A stretch of DNA of 63,703 bases, filler included, from Octopus bimaculoides (Eukaryota): the NCBI RefSeq assembly GCF_001194135.2. It is 4 parts of 4 records of this genome, joined end to end, with 100 filler letters (N's around TTAATTAATTAA, not from the genome) between each part and the next. Parts side by side here need not be neighbours in the genome. Positions count along the whole stretch, not along the records: positions 36,424 to 54,613 come from NC_068991.1; positions 54,714 to 63,703 come from NC_068985.1; 2 more parts are not named here. One strand, written 5' to 3'. The notes under the pieces are model-generated. The model had not been told where the DNA came from. It did not search any database and worked only from the letters and a program-made list of their open reading frames with translations. The translations under genes and the position numbers were made by a program. Shown one piece after another: positions 50,721-63,703 of this stretch; positions within the stretch are counted from its first letter, which is position 1; the number at the start of each line of letters is the position of its first letter.

Positions 50721-51634
50721 GCTCTCCAGCGCCGTTGACTGTTTGACTGTTCACCAATATTTCAAGTTGCTCCTAAAAAAAGGAGACATAAGATATCGTC
50801 AAATTTAGCTCGAACACACAGTATGTATGTGTGTATGTATGTATGTATTATGTATGTATGTATGTATGTGTGTGTGTGTGCGTATGTGTGTATGTATGTA
50901 TGTATGTATGAATGTATGTATGTATGTATGCATGTATGTATGTGTGCCTGTATGCATGTATGTATGTACGTAATGCGTGTGTATGTATGTATGTATGTAT
51001 GTATGTATGTATGTATATATATATATATATATATGCACGTACGAAAGTATGTACGTATATATATATATGCATGTATGTATGCACGAACGTACGAATGTAT
51101 GTATTTATGTGTGTATTTGTGTGCGTATGCATGCATATGTATGCATATGTATGCATGTNNNNNNNNNNNNNNNNNNNNNNNNNNNNNNNNNNNNNNNNNN
51201 NNNNNNNNNNNNNNNNNNNNNNNNNNNNNNNNNNNNNNNNNNNNNNNNNNNNNNNNNNNNNNNNNNNNNNNNNNNNNNNNNNNNNNNNNNNNNNNNNNNN
51301 NNNNNNNNNNNNNNNNNNNNNNNNNNNNNNNNNNNNNNNNNNNNNNNNNNNNNNNNNNNNNNNNNNNNNNNNNNNNNNNNNNNNNNNNNNNNNNNNNNNN
51401 NNNNNNNNNNNNNNNNNNNNNNNNNNNNNNNNCTGTAATTCTTGAACTTTCTCAAGTGACCTAAATCAAGGTCTTTAGGCAGTTCCGTTGTTTCCTTCGA
51501 AGGAATCTGTGTTATTACAAGACAAGTAATTATTCCTTTGTAGAACAAGACACGAGAAGAAAATTGGTCTTGTGTTTTCTATGTGATTATATAATCGTCT
51601 TTAAACTGAACTATATACCTATATGTTATATATG

Positions 51635-51665
<31 letters not shown>

Positions 51666-51862
51666 TTCTATGTATATGCTTGTGTGGTTATGTATGCATA
51701 TGTGTTATGTTTGGATATGTGTGTGTATGTGTGTATGTACCAATGTTGCCATGTTTGTGAATATCAGCCATTAACTTACTAACTTATTTTTCAAGTTGAT
51801 GCAAATTTACAATGAACTTACAACTTTATACACATATATGTGTGTGTGTATGTCTGTGTGTT

Positions 51863-51949
<87 letters not shown>

Positions 51950-51992
51950 ATGTATATAGTTAGCTATATACATACGTACATACATGCACATT

Positions 51993-52945
51993 TACAGTAT
52001 ATCCCTAAAAATGCATATACACTTTATCAGCTGATAACTCAAATCGTATTTCTTTTTAAATTATGGGAAAATGATGGGAACTAGACTAAGCTTTGAACAA
52101 AAGAAGTTTAGACGAAAGTGTTTGTGAAGATTTGAAAATTTAGTCGAAGTGCAAAGAAATTTTAGGAGGGATTTTCAGAAATATCTACCAAAGTGACTTA
52201 CTATCACTGAAGCTAGATATTACTTTGAAGCAGATGTAGCTATTAAAAATGTTCACAACAAACGTTCCGGAAGACCGCGGACACGGACATGGTCGAAAAA
52301 GCAAGGTAGAATACATGAAACGTTTTGCGGCAGTTGAAGTAAATCTATGCAGCAAGAGTTACGTGAGATAAGAATTTCAAGCGTTTATCACGTTTTAAAG
52401 CGCTGTCATTGACAAAGTTACATTCCATGCGCTCAATGAAGCTGCTCTGAACCGAAGAGTGGAGTTTTGTTCGTGGTACTTGGCAAGATGTTTAGAAGAT
52501 GCGCACTTTCCAGTTAAGATTGTCTGGATGAGTCTACATATAAACGAAGTGGTTTAATTAACCGCTACAGTTGCACTTCTTAGAGACTTCAGAATCTGCA
52601 TATTACGGTGGAACATCATTTTGTTACAATACAGCGCAGCTTCTTATTAAAAGGATTAATTAGACCATTCTTCTTCTACGGCACTGTGACTGATGGCATT
52701 TATTTGAACTTACTTCAACAATCTGTCATGCTAAGCATTCAAGAGAGCTTTAAAGATGTGAAGTTTTATTTCCAGCAAGATGGAACACTTCTACACTACG
52801 ACAATAATGTAAGGGCCTGCTTTGATGACATTTTGTGAAAGAGGTGAACTGGGCGAAAAGGTGGAGTAGAATACTGTCGACGTTCGCCGGTTCTCACACC
52901 ATTAGACTCTTTTTTGTGAGTTTACTTAAAAGATAATGTTTACAC
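51993..52945 (+). mobile_element. Tc1-superfamily transposase pseudogene, DD41D (rosa/Visitor)-like
   Basis: TIR-like TACAGTATATCCCTAAAA; pieces MGTRLSFEQK, RSGRPRT, GLIRPFFFYGTVT, FYFQQDG, and a degenerate PPRSPDLTPLDF. Confidence 0.75.
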
Positions 52946-52962
52946 TACTTTCTGCCGTATAT

Positions 52963-53232
52963 TCAGTCAACCCTGGTGTGCCCCGGTTTTTTAGTTTGAT
53001 CACTGTTCCCTTACTATGATGCATCAATAACGTACTTGCCATCACGTCCAACAATGCTTACTCCTACGCAGATGATACAAGCCCTTCCTTTTTACCTAAC
53101 CCTTTCTAAGCACCCTTCATCTTCACTCAACCGAGACATCACTCACCAAATCTGCACTGATCCCATGTACGGTTCCCTCGAAAGCACCTTCCAGTGGAGT
53201 CAGATTAGTCTTGGTTTTTTCAACAGCAAAAA
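52963..53232 (+). mobile_element. Non-LTR reverse transcriptase fragment (CR1/L2/Jockey-like)
   Basis: SVNPGVP, then INNVLAITSNNAYSYADDTS with YADD at 53065-53076. Confidence 0.75.
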
Positions 53233-54159
53233 AGGGAGAGAGAGAGAGAGAAAAAAAAAGAAAATTCAAGCCTTACNNNNNNNNNNNNNNNNNNNNNNNN
53301 NNNNNNNNNNNNNNNNNNNNNNNNNNNNNNNNNNNNNNNNNNNNNNNNNNNNNNNNNNNNNNNNNNNNNNNNNNNNNNNNNNNNNNNNNNNNNNNNNNNN
53401 NNNNNNNNNNNNNNNNNNNNNNNNNNNNNNNNNNNNNNNNNNNNNNNNNNNNNNNNNNNNNNNNNNNNNNNNNNNNNNNNNNNNNNNNNNNNNNNNNNNN
53501 NNNNNNNNNNNNNNNNNNNNNNNNNNNNNNNNNNNNNNNNNNNNNNNNNNNNNNNNNNNNNNNNNNNNNNNNNNNNNNNNNNNNNNNNNNNNNNNNNNNN
53601 NNNNNNNNNNNNNNNNNNNNNNNNNNNNNNNNNNNNNNNNNNNNNNNNNNNNNNNNNNNNNNNNNNNNNNNNNNNNNNNNNNNNNNNNNNNNNNNNNNNN
53701 NNNNNNNNNNNNNNNNNNNNNNNNNNNNNNNNNNNNNNNNNNNNNNNNNNNNNNNNNNNNNNNNNNNNNNNNNNNNNNNNNNNNNNNNNNNNNNNNNNNN
53801 NNNNNNNNNNNNNNNNNNNNNNNNNNNNNNNNNNNNNNNNNNNNNNNNNNNNNNNNNNNNNNNNNNNNNNNNNNNNNNNNNNNNNNNNNNNNNNNNNNNN
53901 NNNNNNNNNNNNNNNNNNNNNNNNNNNNNNNNNNNNNNNNNNNNNNNNNNNNNNNNNNNNNNNNNNNNNNNNNNNNNNNNNNNNNNNNNNNNNNNNNNNN
54001 NNNNNNNNNNNNNNNNNNNNNNNNNNNNNNNNNNNNNNNNNNNNNNNNNNNNNNNNNNNNNNNNNNNNTATATATATAAATACCTATATTTCGTGTATGT
54101 ATATGTGTGTGTGTGTATTTGTGATTGTGTGTGGATATATGTTGAGTTTATTACGAATG

Positions 54160-54199
<40 letters not shown>

Positions 54200-54425
54200 G
54201 TGTGTTGCGTACATGTGTCAGTATAAGTGACTGGATAAGCATGTGTGCATCTATGTGCACCCATTAACATATTAACTTAATTCTGAAACCAAATACATGT
54301 TCATAACGACCTATGTAACTCAACGCATGAAGTTGTGTGTGTATTTGTGTGTCTGCATGTGCATGTGCGTGTGCATGTGTGTGTGTGTGCGTTTGTGTGT
54401 GTGTGCGTATGTATGTATGTATGTA

Positions 54426-54472
<47 letters not shown>

Positions 54473-54574
54473 GCGTTGGTTTGTGTGGTTACTTATGTAT
54501 TGTATTCACATGCATCATGAGATGCACTGGAATTGTGTCAGTAACCCGGCGATGTACACACACACACACACACT

Positions 54575-54605
<31 letters not shown>

Positions 54606-54613
54606 ACACACAC

Positions 54614-54713
54614 NNNNNNNNNNNNNNNNNNNNNNNNNNNNNNNNNNNNNNNNNNNNTTAATTAATTAANNNNNNNNNNNNNNNNNNNNNNNNNNNNNNN
54701 NNNNNNNNNNNNN
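54614..54713. other. Artificial scaffold spacer 44N-TTAATTAATTAA-44N
   Basis: Same construct as 25543-25642. Confidence 0.95.
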
Positions 54714-54960
54714 ATCGACCACGTGTGAAGGCCTAGCCATATTTCTTTTACGAAATATGGCAAATAAGCCGGAGAAAAATCAAAAACTTTTGGAAATAAA
54801 CTCCAGAAGGAGCCACTTCCTATTACAAAAACCCAATAGGGTCGAAGTGTATAGACTTATACACCTCTTCCACAAAAAATATTTTAAAACTGCAAAAGTT
54901 TTGACATATAAAAGGCCAACTTACTTGCGAGCCGATGTGACTAGCATCCGTCCAGATCAG

Positions 54961-55074
<114 letters not shown>

Positions 55075-55302
55075 GTTGGAAAATGTTTCGCTGTATGAGA
55101 TATGTGAATCTCCAGTCAGTATTCAAAAGGGTCGTAAATTGTGATAAATTGTTTCGGAGGATTTAAAAATTGCCCGTTGCTGAAATGGTTATGGAACACT
55201 GAGATAATGTCTATACTAGGTCCTTATTTCCTTTCTCTATAGTCAAATCCTACAAAAGACAGTCTATTTTTTATTCGGTAAGTAACGAGGAAGCCTCTAA
55301 AT

Positions 55303-55645
55303 CAGGAGCTCTCAACCATTTTTTACCAATGGACCCCTTTGATTACTATTTTATTCTGGTCGTCCTCGGAACAATTCGATGTTTAAAAACTAGTTTTATA
55401 GAAACTTCTTCCAAAATTCATATTTTGATTTTCACATTAATTTGTGTAGGTTGAACTATGTAAAATGTTAGGTAAAGAAACCTAGCTTTCATGCAATACA
55501 TACCAATGCATACATCTAAAATAAATTTTTTTCAGGGACTCTTAAAGTGCTACTGTAGGTCCCCAATTTACTATTTTGCTGGGTGGACCCCCAAATTCTT
55601 ATATGGACCCTCAGGTGCTATATAGACCTCGGCTGAGAACTGCTG
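55303..55645. mobile_element. hAT-derived MITE (343 bp)
   Basis: TIRs CAGGAGCTCTCAACC and GGCTGAGAACTGCTG; perfect 8-bp TSD CTCTAAAT at 55295-55302 and 55646-55653. Confidence 0.88.
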
Positions 55646-55899
55646 CTCTAAATTCGATCTGCAAGAAATAACAGCCGAATTTCACTCACATTACACTACT
55701 CGATTATATATAAGGTCCATGGTTCAATAAGAATATCGTCATAAGGCCTCTGTCACTCGAAAAGCATCGGCGAGATATTTTGAAGACTGACAGTCATGCA
55801 AGTCTCTCTTCTCTACTATATCAGTGTTCCTCCAAAGGAATAGACTGTCAATTTGGCCCAATATAGCTTGGTGCTAGTGCCGTCGTAGACATTATTATC

Positions 55900-56105
55900 A
55901 GAACGCAAAGTATCGGGACAGATTCCGCAAATCATCGTGTTCAACATTTTTATCAGTTCCGCCAATCCACTGCATTGGATTGGTTTCATTTTTATCGACT
56001 CTGAAAAGATGAAGCATAAAACTGACTTCAGCATAATTTGAACCCAGAGCGCTGACAATCGGAACAAATAGCGGATGCATTCTAGTCAACGTTCTAAAGA
56101 CTGTC
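55900..56105 (-). mobile_element. Highly degenerate family A-like SINE
   Basis: ATCGACTCTGAAAAGATGAAG...AATTTGAACCCAGAGCG. Confidence 0.55.
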
Positions 56106-57193
56106 AATTTTTCGCTTGAATGTAGTCTTTATCTGCTTCTAAAAATGATGGAATAGCTTAAAAATAACTAAATTCGAAAGAACGAGCGAACATACACATG
56201 ATCGTTCGACCTGATAGAGTTAGATGCTAAATCTCCTTCAAATTACACCTTACCGTCTTAAAATGAGGAAGGATACATTAAGCAATGTACTGTCGGATAT
56301 ACAAACCGGATGAAAGGTCATGGCCAGAGCACCTTTAATGATAGGCCTGCTATCTGGCTCTAATTATTCCAATAAGACAACGAACCAAAGCCTGCTAGAA
56401 GATTGAGTTTTACTCAAATCACAATGTACCGTCTTTAAAAAATAAACAGAGGTCACGTTAGATAATGTAGTCTTAGAAACACTATGTTTGAAGGGCAGAA
56501 TGATCATGGCTTCAACGGGGTTGGCTACAACGATATTGGATCAGAGCCGACTTGCTGCTAAACAAGAACAAAAACATCAACAATTGCAGTAAAGAAGGTC
56601 GAATAATTTACGACCCAAGGATAAAACTCAGTTCTGAAATGTGCATTGGAGCCTGACACAATCTGAATAATCAAATAAATACGTGTGGCATACTGGTATG
56701 TCTATTCATTCCAAAGTATTAAAAAGTATTAGAATATATACACATGTAATAACTATGTGTGTGTGCGTACGTGTATATATATGTGTACATATGTACATGT
56801 GCAGATTGTATGAACGAAGTTTTACTTTCTCCACACCTATTGGAGTAATTTCCCTGTATTCAACGGTTTTTATCATAACGTTTTTGTTTGTCTTAATAAC
56901 TGATAAGATGCCGGAGCAGACTTCAGCCCCCATTATCCGAAACTCTGAGTTTTATTATGACAACCAACTAATTGTCACATATTATATTTATAGATAACTT
57001 CCTCTATTTTACATAATATAGATGTCTCATTCATTCTTTTGTTGTCATATTATTATTTATAAATATATACACGTACATAAATATATATACACCTACATAC
57101 ATATATATATACACATATATATATATACATATATATATACATCTACATACATACATATATACACATATATATATATACATATATATATACATC

Positions 57194-57225
<32 letters not shown>

Positions 57226-59351
57226 NNNNNNNNNNNNNNNNNNNNNNNNNNNNNNNNNNNNNNNNNNNNNNNNNNNNNNNNNNNNNNNNNNNNNNNNNNN
57301 NNNNNNNNNNNNNNNNNNNNNNNNNNNNNNNNNNNNNNNNNNNNNNNNNNNNNNNNNNNNNNNNNNNNNNNNNNNNNNNNNNNNNNNNNNNNNNNNNNNN
57401 NNNNNNNNNNNNNNNNNNNNNNNNNNNNNNNNNNNNNNNNNNNNNNNNNNNNNNNNNNNNNNNNNNNNNNNNNNNNNNNNNNNNNNNNNNNNNNNNNNNN
57501 NNNNNNNNNNNNNNNNNNNNNNNNNNNNNNNNNNNNNNNNNNNNNNNNNNNNNNNNNNNNNNNNNNNNNNNNNNNNNNNNNNNNNNNNNNNNNNNNNNNN
57601 NNNNNNNNNNNNNNNNNNNNNNNNNNNNNNNNNNNNNNNNNNNNNNNNNNNNNNNNNNNNNNNNNNNNNNNNNNNNNNNNNNNNNNNNNNNNNNNNNNNN
57701 NNNNNNNNNNNNNNNNNNNNNNNNNNNNNNNNNNNNNNNNNNNNNNNNNNNNNNNNNNNNNNNNNNNNNNNNNNNNNNNNNNNNNNNNNNNNNNNNNNNN
57801 NNNNNNNNNNNNNNNNNNNNNNNNNNNNNNNNNNNNNNNNNNNNNNNNNNNNNNNNNNNNNNNNNNNNNNNNNNNNNNNNNNNNNNNNNNNNNNNNNNNN
57901 NNNNNNNNNNNNNNNNNNNNNNNNNNNNNNNNNNNNNNNNNNNNNNNNNNNNNNNNNNNNNNNNNNNNNNNNNNNNNNNNNNNNNNNNNNNNNNNNNNNN
58001 NNNNNNNNNNNNNNNNNNNNNNNNNNNNNNNNNNNNNNNNNNNNNNNNNNNNNNNNNNNNNNNNNNNNNNNNNNNNNNNNNNNNNNNNNNNNNNNNNNNN
58101 NGTGTGTGGGTGTGTGTGTGTGTGTGTGTTTGTGTGTAGCTATTAAAATTCCAGCAAAAGTTTTGTTTTCAAACCTCGTCGCGATAGAGTAAGAATATTG
58201 GAAGTGAGCCAACGGGATAAAAGAAAATATCATCAAAAAGTAAGCAACAAGGCACCATTAAGCAATTTCTGCATGGTATTTACACTAAGTGATGAGATCG
58301 CAGTTGGTTGGCAATGTGAAGAGAATAGTGTACGAGTAAAACGCAGTTGAGAGGAAAATATTCAGCAAGGAGCCCCCAATAGAAAAATAGATAAATAAAA
58401 AATATAAAAAGCGAAACTTGAAAGATTTGTTCACAAATTAAACATTAAGGTTTTGACGTTAGGCTGGAGATATGGAACTAGCAGTTGTTGTTATTTAGTC
58501 TCAGGTTATCCCTTGGGCAAATCTAGCCGTAATTATCCGCCCCGCCCCCCTTTTTTATGTAATGATGGAATTTTTAAGGGAGATTTGGCTGCTGCTATGA
58601 GGAGGACGAGCGACAAAGTTCATGATCCTTCATTGACTCGACTGTTTATTTGAGTAGTTTTTAATTGTAGTGTCTAAAATTTGAAGTTTGGTAGATTAGA
58701 AATCTCTTACATATAACTCTATTGCCTTAAAAACAATGTGCATATTGGAGAGACATACAATGCCTGGCAAAAATGGTGGGATAATTACGGCTGGGACATA
58801 GTTTAATATAAGTCTGCTTGATCGCAGGGCTCAGCGGAGGCTAAAGAATATCAACAACTGTTGCTCATCAACAAATTCTCATTATCATTGAATGTTAAAA
58901 ATACACATACTTAAATTCCATCTTGAACTCTCTTATCACATGTTTGCTTACCTATATACACCCTACTCAGAAAGCCCTACCTTCCGTTTTGAGATCCACT
59001 GTTCTAAGACAAATTCACGTCTACTCGATCAGGGCTGATCTGAATTACACATAAACAACAACATCAAACGACTTTCTTATCCACTGGTCTAACACAAATT
59101 CAATTCGTTTATTATAGCAACTGACTTTTACGAATGGAGGTTACGTAATGTTAGCTTTCAACTTGATATTTACTCCCACTTCTTTCTGCATTTACACAAT
59201 ATTTAAAAAACGATATCATAAACATTTATTCATCATTCAATCCTGGATTGTCCAAAAAAATTGTAATTTATATAAATATTATTAAATCACTGACAACCTT
59301 TGGTTATTGTTGGAAGCTGTATGCTTTAGTAGATTGGTTGAAAAGCAAAAA

Positions 59352-59448
59352 TCGAGGTCGGTAGAATTTGAACTCAGAACGTAAACACGGACGAAATGCC
59401 GTTGAGTATTTTGCCGGTGTGCTAATGATTCTGCCAGCTCACCGCCTT
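59352..59448 (-). mobile_element. Family A SINE head
   Basis: GAATTTGAACTCAGAACGTAAACACGGACGAAATGCC...CTGCCAGCTCACCGCCTT. Confidence 0.88.
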
Positions 59449-59954
59449 AGTAAGAGACGTATATTAAAACGCTTTAGTAGATTGTGTATATTGAGCAACA
59501 GAACGTGTTATTGATTATTGCCAAGATACAACGGCAAGGGGGCGTATACAATAGGTTTTGTAGGAACCTGTCAGTACAAATTAGAATTAGGTCCTAGCAT
59601 ATCGATCGGCTGATTTGAAATCCTACCAGGACCAACTTTATAGTTGTGTTTTTTTTTTGTTTTTTTTTTCATTGGGCGTCAATAAGACATCAATAAAGAC
59701 ATATAGAGCGTAGAAGCAAAATGGCCGAACAGTTATTATCGGCTGACAGATCTTGAGATCAATTCTAACTGAGACGTTGTGTACATTTCAGAAGCACAAT
59801 TTATGATATAAGAAACTTTATCATAATTTAACTACAAGGAAACAAAGAAACCGTATAAGTGAGATGGAATAAGGAAAAAGGGGCTGGAATTAAGGAACAG
59901 AAGATGGAAGAGAAGGGGGCAACAGACTGCACACCTCAGAATAAATAGGGTATT

Positions 59955-60047
59955 CAGTCGCACTCCGGGTCATGACCTCGATGGCATTGCCGTGGAGAAT
60001 TGTCAGCGACACTCGCTGATGCAGCCACTCCAGCGCGGGACTGATTT
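59955..60047 (-). mobile_element. Possible CRE-clade non-LTR C-terminal fragment
   Basis: LEWLHQRVSLTILHGNAIEVM resembles the CRE-type C-terminal motif (F..QRLS.A.QRGNA); short. Confidence 0.4.
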
Positions 60048-60771
60048 ATGATATATTTCTCAGTTGACCTAGTTGTTTTGAATATATACCAAATTACCAG
60101 GATAAGATTGGAACCCTACACAAAGGATCTATCTCTAAATTCGTTTAAAACTTTAAAGCCAGAACGGGATACTGTCCCGCAAATGTTTTGCACAGATTTA
60201 CATGTTTTTAACCAATATACTAAAATCATTTTAGACGAATTAAACTGACTTTTGCTTACGTAAGAAATCTATTTCTTCGAGGGCTCGAGAAAAAGAAGTT
60301 GCTACTGCTGCTATCATTTAGTCCTAATCGAACAGAGCTGTGATAGAAGGCTTCCCACAGCTGTGATTGTCTCGTCTTTTCAGACATTCTATCTAGAACC
60401 CACATTTTCCCAGGTGTTTTTTTATGACAGTGGGGGGTGATTTAACTAATATTTCTAGCTGGTAGAACGGCCATATAGAATCCCCACCGTTGACTAGTTG
60501 TCAGAAACAGTAGAACACTTTTGCATTCAGTAGATAATCTCCTTTTTCTAAATTCTAAAATCGAATCCTTTCGAGTTCGACAATCTCGCTGAAATTGAAA
60601 AAAATAAATACCAGGAAATAGTAATATATTGTGATCTCGTCAATCGATTATACCCATACAAAACCCTTGACTAAGTTGCCTTTGTGCCTTGTCAATCAAA
60701 AGCGAAATCAAAGTAAACAATATTACTTAAGAGGGACACTTTCAGTAAAATTATAAGATCCGAATGCAATA

Positions 60772-60996
60772 CAGTAATCCCTCGACTATCGCGGGTGTTA
60801 CATTCCAAAAACACTGCGATAGGTGAAAATCCGCGAAGTAGAAACAGTACTGTACTGTGTATTTTTTATTATTATTTTTATAATTTCTATATATATATTT
60901 TTTTATTATAAATGCAAAACAGCACCACAGAGGAATCGACGTAAGCTTAAATAATAAACCGCGATAGGTGAACCGCGAAATGGCGAGGGATTACTA
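60772..60996. mobile_element. pogo/Tigger-like MITE (225 bp)
   Basis: TIRs CAGTAATCCCTCG and CGAGGGATTACT(A), TA flanks, internal repeated GCGATAGGTGAA motif near each end. Confidence 0.85.
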
Positions 60997-61537
60997 TATA
61001 ACGTTATGTTCCCACCAAAGAATATCTTCATGTAACGACTAATAAGAAGAACACTTTAAAGAGACATCCTATAAAAGAAATCCAGTTAAGCACTACAACA
61101 TAATACATTACCCCTCGCCTCACTGTGTTTCTAGTCGTAACCGTTTCGCTCTGTTGAATCGCTTACATATTTTTTGAGAAAAGCACGTTCATACCATTTA
61201 GTCTACTTATAGTTGTGAGAATGGCACGAACACCATAATATGTCAACACTACTTATTTAAATATTTGAGATCATGTGACTTGGTTAAATAACTTTCTTTT
61301 CCAGGGCCGCGATGACTGGCGGAAGGAAAGAGAGAATTATTCTCACAGAAAATTGGGTTCAAACGTTTGCGACAAAATGGATGCCGCTAAAGAATCCCAG
61401 TGGCCAAGCGGGGGTATTAAGACGAGCGATGGACTGAATCTATTTTCCAATTATTCAGTGATAAACTCTCACTTTACATTTTACTTATATACAGATGTAA
61501 ATAAAGGCAAGACGACCATCCTTCAGATGCAATTCTG

Positions 61538-61576
<39 letters not shown>

Positions 61577-61725
61577 CACGCGTGTGGCAGTAGTACTGTA
61601 TCAAAAATGAACGGAATACCCCAATAAATATCTTGAACTTTATAGAAGAACAGCAACCAATGGGTCTGATGTATTCACTCATCCCTAAAGAAGAATCCAA
61701 ATATTTTCCATGGAATGTAGCAATA

Positions 61726-61757
<32 letters not shown>

Positions 61758-63185
61758 ATATACATCAGAATTTGCGAGGCCAAATGTTTGTAGTGATTTA
61801 GGTGCGAGTTAGTTGTGTGGTGTCCATGACTAGAGAGAAACATAAGTACAAGACTCTTTCATTAAATATTATTTATTCCGCATACTAACTATAAACAGCG
61901 AAAATCGCTTGAATTTGTCATATAATTTCGTAAGAAAATCTTAAACAATATACACTTAAAAATGTTGCACATTTGCTGAGGTGATCTATGTGGCATCAAA
62001 TCAATGGTTACTCACATGGATGCGTTCATACTTCGCAAAGAAAGACAAAATTTGCACACAAGGAAATTTCTGAGCGCATCCATACCAACAAAAAAAAAAA
62101 AATGGAGTTAACATTGGCCATCATTCCTATTGAGTTCCATAATTTTCTCTAGGAAATACACGAGTAAGTGAAATTGCTTCGACTGAGAACCGAACCTGGA
62201 TTGCGATCATTTTTCACCTTGAGCAACAACGCTAACAATTCGCCAACTACGCTGCTTACATGCTCGCCATACTGAATTACGCCTACAGAAAGGAAACACT
62301 ACAATTTCTGAAGACGACTGTCGCAGTACAATATTTCATCTGTCTATCTCTACGCCATAAAACTGTTTGCATAAATAACAACGCCAACATCAAAAACAAC
62401 ACCGGTAGCAGTGTTAGTTACGGAATAAAAACCGTCGATTTTGACATGGGTATATAAATCATTGACTGTGAATTCAACATGGAAAGCAAAAGCTCCAGCG
62501 AAAAGTTTCTGAAAGTGGCTCAATAAAAAAAGAAAGCTATTCACTTACTTAACTGCAAACGGTAGGTCACCGTATTATGCTTTTCTCGTAAATCATCTAT
62601 CTGTATTTTATCGTTAGAAAATCAATTGTCTACACATTTTCATATTGTATAAAACCTTGACATTTTTATTGGTTTTATTTATTATATATTTATTTGTTTG
62701 ACACACTTGGGGGGCAAGAATAAGTAAAGGATATTACTAGGCTATCATACAATATATCGATTCCTACCGAGGAAGTGTTAGATACACGGGCGATACATAT
62801 TGATCTCCATTAAGATAAATGTTCATTCACACACACACACAAACACACGCACATTGACTTTACAGATTCTCGAGCAATAAAAGATCTGAATTAAACGATC
62901 TTATATTTATAAAGAAAATAAAAACTGTTGACTATGCACATTAACAATAAGAAATCTTTTGCTTTGGTTGGAGCGTGTAACAGTCTTATAGAAAAAGCTG
63001 TCCGACGTTCGTCGGTTAGGCATTTCGAAGTATTTACTTTAAAAACAATCAGAAAGAAAATCTGATTTATAATGAGAAAAACATTATATGTGATATACAG
63101 GTTAAGAAAAAAACATTTTTAATTTGTTTGGAAAGTGTAAAGTACGAAGCCGTCTGGTATTCAACAGGCATTTTCGAATATTTCA

Positions 63186-63332
63186 TGGCTGTGCGCCTAA
63201 GCTTGTTTTGCAACCACGTAGTTTCAGGTTCAGTCCTATTACGCAGTATCCAGAGCAAGTATCTTCAAGTATAGCCCCCGGCCGACCAATGCCTAGTGAG
63301 TGAATTTGGTAGACAGAAATTGCAAGACCGTT
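63186..63332 (+). mobile_element. Degenerate family B SINE 5' half
   Basis: CAGGTTCAGTCC B-box, GAGCAAGTATCTTCAAGTATAGCCCCCGG, GAATTTGGTAGACAGAAA. Confidence 0.75.
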
Positions 63333-63703
63333 ATATATATGTAAGGGACGACCGTGCGAACTCAAAAAGGAGAAATGGTGACGAATGGAAAAACAGAGGA
63401 TTCCTTTTATTTAAACGTGTCACACGGTCGAACACAAAATAATATATATCAATGTTGATATACATATGTTATGCGACGATAACATAGATGACCAGTAATG
63501 AAAGACCACAACCGTATAAGATGAATAACAGAGATATTTATTGTAGCGTTAAAGATGTATGTCTGTGTGAGAGTGTGAATGCGACATATAAGAACATAAT
63601 CGAAGACAGGCCGTCGTACAAAGAAAAGTGTGTATGTGAGTGATACATGTGTGTATGAGTGTTTACAGCAGATAGAAAGAGAGTCAATAACACGTGAGCA
63701 ATT

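Noticed and set aside
54736-54761. Perfect 10-bp hairpin GCCATATTTC/GAAATATGGC
   Set aside because: About what chance gives in ~50 kb of AT-rich DNA; no supporting element boundaries

Overview
Repeat-saturated, gap-rich animal genomic DNA. The SINE families and the very high microsatellite load point to an octopod cephalopod (Octopus-like); this is inference, and the species cannot be fixed from sequence alone. By hand count there are about 27 N-gaps covering roughly 11 kb (~17%). Three of them are artificial 100-bp spacers (44N-TTAATTAATTAA-44N), so long-range contiguity is not guaranteed. I recognise no intact host gene, rRNA, true tRNA gene or CRISPR array, and almost all long ORFs in the track are translations of microsatellites or N-runs. 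The window holds three tRNA-derived SINE families, labelled here by my own names: A has a Meta/Nin-like central box and two alternative tails (A1, A2), B has a CORE-like box and an internal microsatellite, and C has a (CAA)n tail. It also holds decayed Tc1/mariner (DD34D, DD37D-like, DD41D-like) and hAT transposases, several MITEs, a probable LTR, and non-LTR fragments (RTE, CR1/L2-like, R4/Dong-like, CRE-like). The best leads are an RTE LINE ending in three C2H2 zinc fingers with an inverted 5' piece, a two-SINE chimera under one TSD inside a hAT fossil, a candidate partner-LINE 3' end sharing the A2 SINE tail, an 81-bp inverted repeat, a SINE-born minisatellite and motif-dense candidate enhancers. 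I found no evidence for a new multi-gene system.
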